IMG/VR virus record: IMGVR_UViG_3300028833_000071
Reading direction: 5' to 3' (one strand)
Source of the DNA: a virus
Taxonomy: Duplodnaviria > Caudoviricetes
DNA length: 64,000 bases
A program made the translations under genes and the position numbers. The first letter of the stretch is position 1. Each line of letters starts with the position of its first letter. The notes under the pieces are model-generated. The model was not told the DNA's origin. It saw only the letters and a list, made by a program, of their open reading frames with translations, and searched no databases. Positions 58,845 to 64,000 of this stretch are shown here, in pieces.

Positions 58845-59042
58845 ATGACAGTCGAAAAAGAAAGATACAATAGAGAAACATACGGAACTGAATATCCAGT
58901 TTGCGGAAATTGCGAGCATATCAGAGAGATTGCTGGAAAACTTATGTGTGAGAAATATTTGGATTTCAGAGATTTTAATGATGTGAAATGTACTGAGTAT
59001 ATATTTTCACAGCACATGAAACTTATGAATATTAAACATTAG
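58845..59042 (+). CDS. Small Cys-rich protein
   Basis: CGNC..C..C. Confidence 0.55.
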   Translation: MTVEKERYNRETYGTEYPVCGNCEHIREIAGKLMCEKYLDFRDFNDVKCTEYIFSQHMKLMNIKH

Positions 59043-59047
59043 TAATT

Positions 59048-59425
59048 ATGACTCAAAAAGAAAAAAAAGAGCTTTTAACAAAAGACCTTGGTGGACGTTT
59101 GCTTTATGGAGTTATTTGTAAAACTTCTATAGGTGATTATAAACTTTTGGGTATTGATGATGACCTTATTCATCTAGATGCCCCTGTATATGAAGTAGGG
59201 GACGATTATTTTCATTTTTATGAAGATATTAAGCCATATCTCCGTCCGATGACTTCAATGACTGATGAAGAGTTTAAGACATATAAATATTTCTTCGATG
59301 AAGATGGATTATTTGATTGTTCTGTTGATGTATATGTCGATTGGCTCCTTTCTTGTCATTTCGATTTTCGTGGACTGATTAAGAGAGGTCTTGCTATAGA
59401 AGCGCCTGAAGATATGTATATTTAA
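59048..59425 (+). CDS. Conserved Bacteroidetes-phage protein
   Basis: IKPYLRPMTSMT..HFDFRGLI..GLA. Confidence 0.7.
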   Translation: MTQKEKKELLTKDLGGRLLYGVICKTSIGDYKLLGIDDDLIHLDAPVYEVGDDYFHFYEDIKPYLRPMTSMTDEEFKTYKYFFDEDGLFDCSVDVYVDWLLSCHFDFRGLIKRGLAIEAPEDMYI

Positions 59426-59450
59426 AAATCGTATTTAAATATAAAAAAAG

Positions 59451-59909
59451 ATGATTACAGAAGATTATGTTAGTTTTGAAGTTGCCAAACTTCTAAAAGA
59501 AAAAGGGTTTGGAGAAAAGTTTGATGAGTTTTGTCCTTATAGTTATTCTACTATTCTCCCTAATTCTCCTTATTTTGGAGAAACTGATTTGAGAAAAGGA
59601 AGTTTAGAACATCAAATTTATGCTCCAACGCTTCAAATGGCAATGAAGTGGTTGAGGGAAATGCATAATATTGTTATAGAAATCAACATGGATGATTATA
59701 TGATAACAACTGATGGCAAATTAAAAGTTACATATAGTTACACAATTTGGACTTTTATTAAACATCTTCGACATCTTGAAGAAAATGGTCTTCTTACAGA
59801 TGCAAGGTATGACGATAGAGCATTTTGGCAAGAAAATGTAAAAGTTGGGCAATCTTATGAACAAGCTGTCAAGGCAGCGATTGAATATTGTTTAACCAAT
59901 TTAATATAA
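59451..59909 (+). CDS. Phage protein, FEVAKLLKEKGF family
   Basis: APTLQMAMKWLRE. Confidence 0.7.
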   Translation: MITEDYVSFEVAKLLKEKGFGEKFDEFCPYSYSTILPNSPYFGETDLRKGSLEHQIYAPTLQMAMKWLREMHNIVIEINMDDYMITTDGKLKVTYSYTIWTFIKHLRHLEENGLLTDARYDDRAFWQENVKVGQSYEQAVKAAIEYCLTNLI

Positions 59910-59917
59910 ATATAACT

Positions 59918-61420
59918 ATGGATTACAAAGAAAAATACGAAAAATTAGAAAAGTTTATCAAGGACTTATATCCTTTTATGTCAGACTACTACAAAGAAAA
60001 GACAGAAGGAATGATTCCAGAACTCAAAGAGAGCAATGATGAGTTGATAATAAAAGATATTATAAGTTATTTAAAGTATAAACACTCCGACCCGGATGTG
60101 GCTTATCGTAAATATGACAAGTGGATTGCGTGGCTCGAAAAGCAAGGTAAAGAAACAAGTTGGAACCCCTCTTATGAGGATATATTTCCTAATACAGAAG
60201 ATGGCGTAAGACGTAGAAGTACAATACAGGTGCTTGAATATGCAAGAAGTCTTGATGCTTATAATCAATATGGCAAAGAAAGTATTGACAAGGATATTGC
60301 TTGGCTTGAAAAGCAAGGTGAATCAAAGGAAAAACCAACAAAAAGACAAGTGTGGGATTATTGCAATAAAATATCACACGAGTGGTGGCAGATAACTATG
60401 GATAAATGGAACACTCTTACTGATGAAGATAAAAACAAATATAATCAATTTATCGGTTTTAATGATTTTAGTGATACGTTAATGAACATCACAGCAGGTG
60501 CATTGTTTCAATTAATAGACACAGGTAAATTGGAATATGAAGAAGGAAGTTTACTGCTTGAAAAACCAGATGATACACCAAAGCACGTTGAATTTATGAC
60601 TGTTCCAGAAAAAAGTCAACGCGAACAAAAGCCTACTTGTTTATCAGACAACTTGGTGCACAACGTTAAATTTGCATTTCCATTTAAAGCTAAAGTAAAA
60701 TCGAATGGCAAAATTGTTACAATTCTTAATGGACAGTTAAGTATGGATTGTAAAGAATGGATAAAATACCAATCTGACGTAGAAGATGGATATACAGTTT
60801 ATGCGCCTGAGGAATTAGTTAATATTGAGCAGAAGCCTGCCGATAAAGTTAAACCAAAGTTCAAGGTTGGTGATTGGGTTGTTGAAAATATCACAAATGG
60901 CATTTTTGTTGGAAAAATTACTTCTATTAACACGTATTTTTATGGAGTAGACGGATTAGACGGAAACTGGTATCACATTGATTTATTCGAGGAACAGCAG
61001 ATGCATCTCTGGACCATCGAAGATGCAAAAGATGGTGATATACTTAGTAAAGATAGTATTCCATTCATTTTTAAAAGCCGGGATAATAATTGTATAGCGT
61101 ATTGTGGTATTACAGATTTCGGATTATTTAAAGTTGTTGAAGATGGCTTTTCTTGGTGTAATGATATTAATGTTACTCCAGCAACCAAAAAACAACGTGG
61201 CCTGTTATTTCAAAAGATGAAAGAAGCGGGGTATGGCTGGGATGCTGAGAAGAAAGAGCTAAAGGAGATTGAACCAAAGTTGACAGAGTTTGAGAAAGAA
61301 GTTGCAGAAGCATACGAATGGGCTAAAACAACTGAAAGAGAAGATTTCGTAAATGAGTTTGCCCCTAAATTTCTCGACTTGGCAAGAAAGGAAATTGAAA
61401 AACTATTAAATAGAAAATAA
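59918..61420 (+). CDS. Modular mosaic protein
   Basis: Repeated IAWLEKQG, PKFKVGDW, HLWTIEDAKDGDIL modules. Confidence 0.7.
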   Translation: MDYKEKYEKLEKFIKDLYPFMSDYYKEKTEGMIPELKESNDELIIKDIISYLKYKHSDPDVAYRKYDKWIAWLEKQGKETSWNPSYEDIFPNTEDGVRRRSTIQVLEYARSLDAYNQYGKESIDKDIAWLEKQGESKEKPTKRQVWDYCNKISHEWWQITMDKWNTLTDEDKNKYNQFIGFNDFSDTLMNITAGALFQLIDTGKLEYEEGSLLLEKPDDTPKHVEFMTVPEKSQREQKPTCLSDNLVHNVKFAFPFKAKVKSNGKIVTILNGQLSMDCKEWIKYQSDVEDGYTVYAPEELVNIEQKPADKVKPKFKVGDWVVENITNGIFVGKITSINTYFYGVDGLDGNWYHIDLFEEQQMHLWTIEDAKDGDILSKDSIPFIFKSRDNNCIAYCGITDFGLFKVVEDGFSWCNDINVTPATKKQRGLLFQKMKEAGYGWDAEKKELKEIEPKLTEFEKEVAEAYEWAKTTEREDFVNEFAPKFLDLARKEIEKLLNRK

Positions 61421-61439
61421 AGAAAATAAATTACAAATC

Positions 61440-61841
61440 ATGGAAAAAATATATATTTTAGAAGAAGAAAATTTACAAGAAAATTCTTGTTCAAATGTGG
61501 GTGATAAAATGAATTTTGTTAATCAATACATACATATACAAGAACTGAATGCACAAAAACGATTGATTGATAGTATTCTTGAAGATTATAAAAAGGAAGT
61601 TGTACGAATAATGACAAGTGAAGATTCTATGACAACTGAAGATTATCATTATCTTTTTACACTTAAGGAAGTTAAAAATTATCTATTAAGAGAGCGGCTT
61701 TCGATAAACAACTCTCTTTCGGAATGGAATACATTTGATAAATGTACATTAAACCAAATCATTGATTATATTAACTCATTCAAAAACGATTCTATAATTC
61801 AATGCGAAGAGAAAAGTCTCAAACCACAATTAAACCTTTAA
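61440..61841 (+). CDS. Hypothetical protein
   Basis: ORF. Confidence 0.55.
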   Translation: MEKIYILEEENLQENSCSNVGDKMNFVNQYIHIQELNAQKRLIDSILEDYKKEVVRIMTSEDSMTTEDYHYLFTLKEVKNYLLRERLSINNSLSEWNTFDKCTLNQIIDYINSFKNDSIIQCEEKSLKPQLNL

Positions 61842-62082
61842 CAAAATATTTTGTTTTTGGGGAATATTTTTGTATATTAATGGTAGAAAATCAAAGTTCC
61901 GGGTTGGGGACAGTACCAACTGCCAAGGTGGGGCTTGCCACCATTGGGACAGGGGTGGACTACTCCTGTGTGGAGTTAAAGTAAACGAATGGGCTATGCT
62001 TCCCAAAAGCACAATGTGCTTGCTCCCAAGGACCCCACGATTTTAACTGTGGGAGTAGTCAGGGCCAATATCTTGACCCACA
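61838..62082 (+). ncRNA. Second stand-alone omegaRNA-like locus (promoter, scaffold, RE, guide), no left end
   Basis: TTAACAAAATATTTTGTTTTT + TTGTATATT, scaffold homologous to 36392-36587, ends GGGAGTAGTCAG at 62062. Confidence 0.7.
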
Positions 62083-62157
62083 AATAGAACTATGAATATG
62101 TTTAGAATGCCTTTCAAGACAAAACAAATTAGTGTGTAATTATAAAATTCAAAAATA

Positions 62158-62391
62158 ATGACAAGAGAAGAATTGATTTATTTAGGGGCAGTACAAATAT
62201 ATGCCGCATTTGAATCCAATCCGCCAAAAGTAGGCGGAGAACCTTTACCAACAAGAGGATTAGTAGAGGAAGAAGCACTTGAAATTGCTGCTGATATGTA
62301 TGGAAGACTTCCGAAATATGTAAAGTATGCAAAGAAACAATACAAAAAAGAGAAAGAATATCATCAAATAACTGATGAAGAAATAGCATAA
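62158..62391 (+). CDS. Hypothetical protein
   Basis: ORF. Confidence 0.6.
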   Translation: MTREELIYLGAVQIYAAFESNPPKVGGEPLPTRGLVEEEALEIAADMYGRLPKYVKYAKKQYKKEKEYHQITDEEIA

Positions 62392-62436
62392 GCGTTATCT
62401 TTAATTGAACGAATAGAGAACTTATAATAAGTTGTT

Positions 62437-62460
62437 TGTGTCAACAAGTATATAATTACC
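62437..62460 (-). mobile_element. Solo TIR
   Basis: Reverse complement GGTAATTATATACTTGTTGACACA followed by A7. Confidence 0.75.
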
Positions 62461-62474
62461 AAAAAAATTAATTT

Positions 62475-62990
62475 ATGGAAGATTATAAGCAAAAATATAA
62501 TGAATTAGTTGAGGGTTTTAAAACAATATTAAATACAAATGATGCCAAAACTAATGGCGTAATACCTGTTGATGATATTAAAAAACTCGTACCAGAATTA
62601 AAAGAACATGAAAGAGAAGCCATAACAAAGTTTTTAATAAATTATAATAATGGCTATTGTAAGAAACCAAAAGAAGAAACAATAGACACATGGCTTAAAT
62701 GGCTTGATAAACAAAAAGAGGCTACTTGTGTCGCTGATATCATAGACCGTCTTACAGAAAAAGAACAAGAAATTTTGTTTAAAGAGTTAGAGATACAGAA
62801 AGAGTTCAATACTGATAGATGGAGTGAAGAGGATAATAGAATGCTTGAGGCATCTATACTTTTTGTAGAACGTAGTCTATATTCTTATTGTGGAGATACA
62901 CTAAGAGGTGAGATAAGCAGAACTGATGTACAAAAATGGCTTAAATCTCTCAAAGACCGTGTACAACTACAACCAACAATGTGGTGGTAA
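62475..62990 (+). CDS. Modular phage protein related to 59918..61420
   Basis: MEDYKQKY, LVPELKE, WSEED..WLKSLKDRV. Confidence 0.7.
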   Translation: MEDYKQKYNELVEGFKTILNTNDAKTNGVIPVDDIKKLVPELKEHEREAITKFLINYNNGYCKKPKEETIDTWLKWLDKQKEATCVADIIDRLTEKEQEILFKELEIQKEFNTDRWSEEDNRMLEASILFVERSLYSYCGDTLRGEISRTDVQKWLKSLKDRVQLQPTMWW

Positions 62991-63299
62991 ATATTCTGCT
63001 AAGAAAAATGGATGCGCCACTTACCAAAAGATTATGCAAATGGCTAAATGGAAAGACGAACAAACAGGAGTACTTAACGGTCAAATAGAAGCATTAAAGA
63101 AGCAGTTGAAAAAATCACAAGATGCTAATGTATTTTATTTCGACAAAGCTAATATGGCAGAAAGTAAAATTAAACAGATTGTTAATTATGCCGATGCAAT
63201 GTATGATGCAACCTTTAATCTTGACTTAGTAGGTAGTGGTGAAAAATTACATAAGGCAATGGAAGATTATAAAAATTTCAAATTCAAAGAGATAACACA

Positions 63300-63884
63300 A
63301 TGAAAAGAGTATTTAAATTCAGGGGCAAATCATTATATGACAACGAATGGGTATATGGCAATCTTCAAATAGTTGGTGATTATGATTCACAAGCATATAT
63401 AAATCCGTATAATGACTATGATAAATTTATTGAGGTAGATAAAAATACTGTTGGACAAGCAACTGGGTTATTTGATATTAATGGCAATGAATTTTATGAA
63501 GACCATATAGTAAAAACAGCATTTAGTGATAAACCTTTCGGTGTTATAACATGGCATTCAAATGGCTATTTCTTTATCGACTGCAATTTTGGCCAATATC
63601 CGTTAAGTTCTAATGGATATAGACCACTTGGTGAAATGCTTTCTGAGAAAATTGACGGGAAAAAAATTGATATTGAAATAATTGGAAATATCCATGATAA
63701 TTCAGAATTATTAAATATCCATGATAATTCAGAATTATTAAAAGAATATCTTTGGGAACAATGGAAATTTTGTAACCATCCAAAATACTATCAATATTTT
63801 GATGAATGGTATAGTAATATTACCGACATACAGAAAATGTATTTCAAATGTTGGTCTGAAGGAAAAAAAACACCATATTGTTAA
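63300..63884 (+). CDS. YopX family protein with C-terminal extension
   Basis: FKFRGK, WVYG, TVGQATGLFD.NG.E.YE, EIIGNIHDN duplicated as a 27-bp tandem repeat. Confidence 0.85.
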   Translation: MKRVFKFRGKSLYDNEWVYGNLQIVGDYDSQAYINPYNDYDKFIEVDKNTVGQATGLFDINGNEFYEDHIVKTAFSDKPFGVITWHSNGYFFIDCNFGQYPLSSNGYRPLGEMLSEKIDGKKIDIEIIGNIHDNSELLNIHDNSELLKEYLWEQWKFCNHPKYYQYFDEWYSNITDIQKMYFKCWSEGKKTPYC

Positions 63885-64000
63885 ATTAAATTTTTAATCT
63901 TATGAAAAAAATACTTTTTATTTTAATTTTATTCTTTATGGCTTCTTGTACTATTAATACCATAGAGGATAAAACCGATAGTTATATAAAGTCTCGTTTC

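Noticed and set aside
61802-62012. 60-aa ORFs on both strands
   Set aside because: They overlap the covarying structured RNA and are not conserved in its paralog.
240-62389. Numerous short antisense or alternate-frame ORFs in the track
   Set aside because: They are shadows of longer, motif-bearing genes and lack their own promoter motifs.
1-64000. Genome-wide TAG recoding (code 15, Lak-like)
   Set aside because: Genes are long and tightly packed under code 11. Only one clear internal TAG was seen, and Gln there would break the DxH motif.
1-64000. CRISPR array, tRNA or rRNA genes
   Set aside because: No regularly spaced repeat-spacer pattern or cloverleaf was recognised by eye; the repeats are dispersed promoters and element ends.

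Overview
An AT-rich, gene-dense segment of a large (jumbo/mega) dsDNA phage. The host is probably Bacteroidota (Prevotella/Bacteroides-like): starts are AT-rich without Shine-Dalgarno motifs and several domains are Bacteroidetes-type. The standard genetic code fits. Plus-strand genes are mostly small accessory ORFs plus translation and RNA-repair functions (IF-1, CCA-adding enzyme, RNA ligase, EF-Ts-like domain, phosphoesterases), NADAR, Nudix, AAA ATPases and glycosyltransferases. They sit behind 13 sigma54-like (-24/-12) motifs and a TTGTATATT motif. Minus-strand, probably late/virion genes (ArdA, amidase, GH16, FISUMP-like) sit behind an ACTATTTAT motif. Non-coding and mobile structure is rich: (1) an IS605-type tnpB element inserted into a sigma54-like promoter, so its guide is that promoter; (2) two stand-alone, covarying omegaRNA-like loci with their own promoters; (3) solo IS-end hairpins; (4) a group I intron in an SPFH gene; (5) a CUG-UAG-CUA 'stop-hop' site in a phosphoesterase active-site motif; (6) a transposase-less TIR cargo transposon carrying an ADP-ribosyltransferase-like gene. 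That cargo gene shares a helical tag with ArdA and other late proteins, suggesting a mobile system of virion-packaged effectors. All family calls come from motif recognition by eye; no searches were run.
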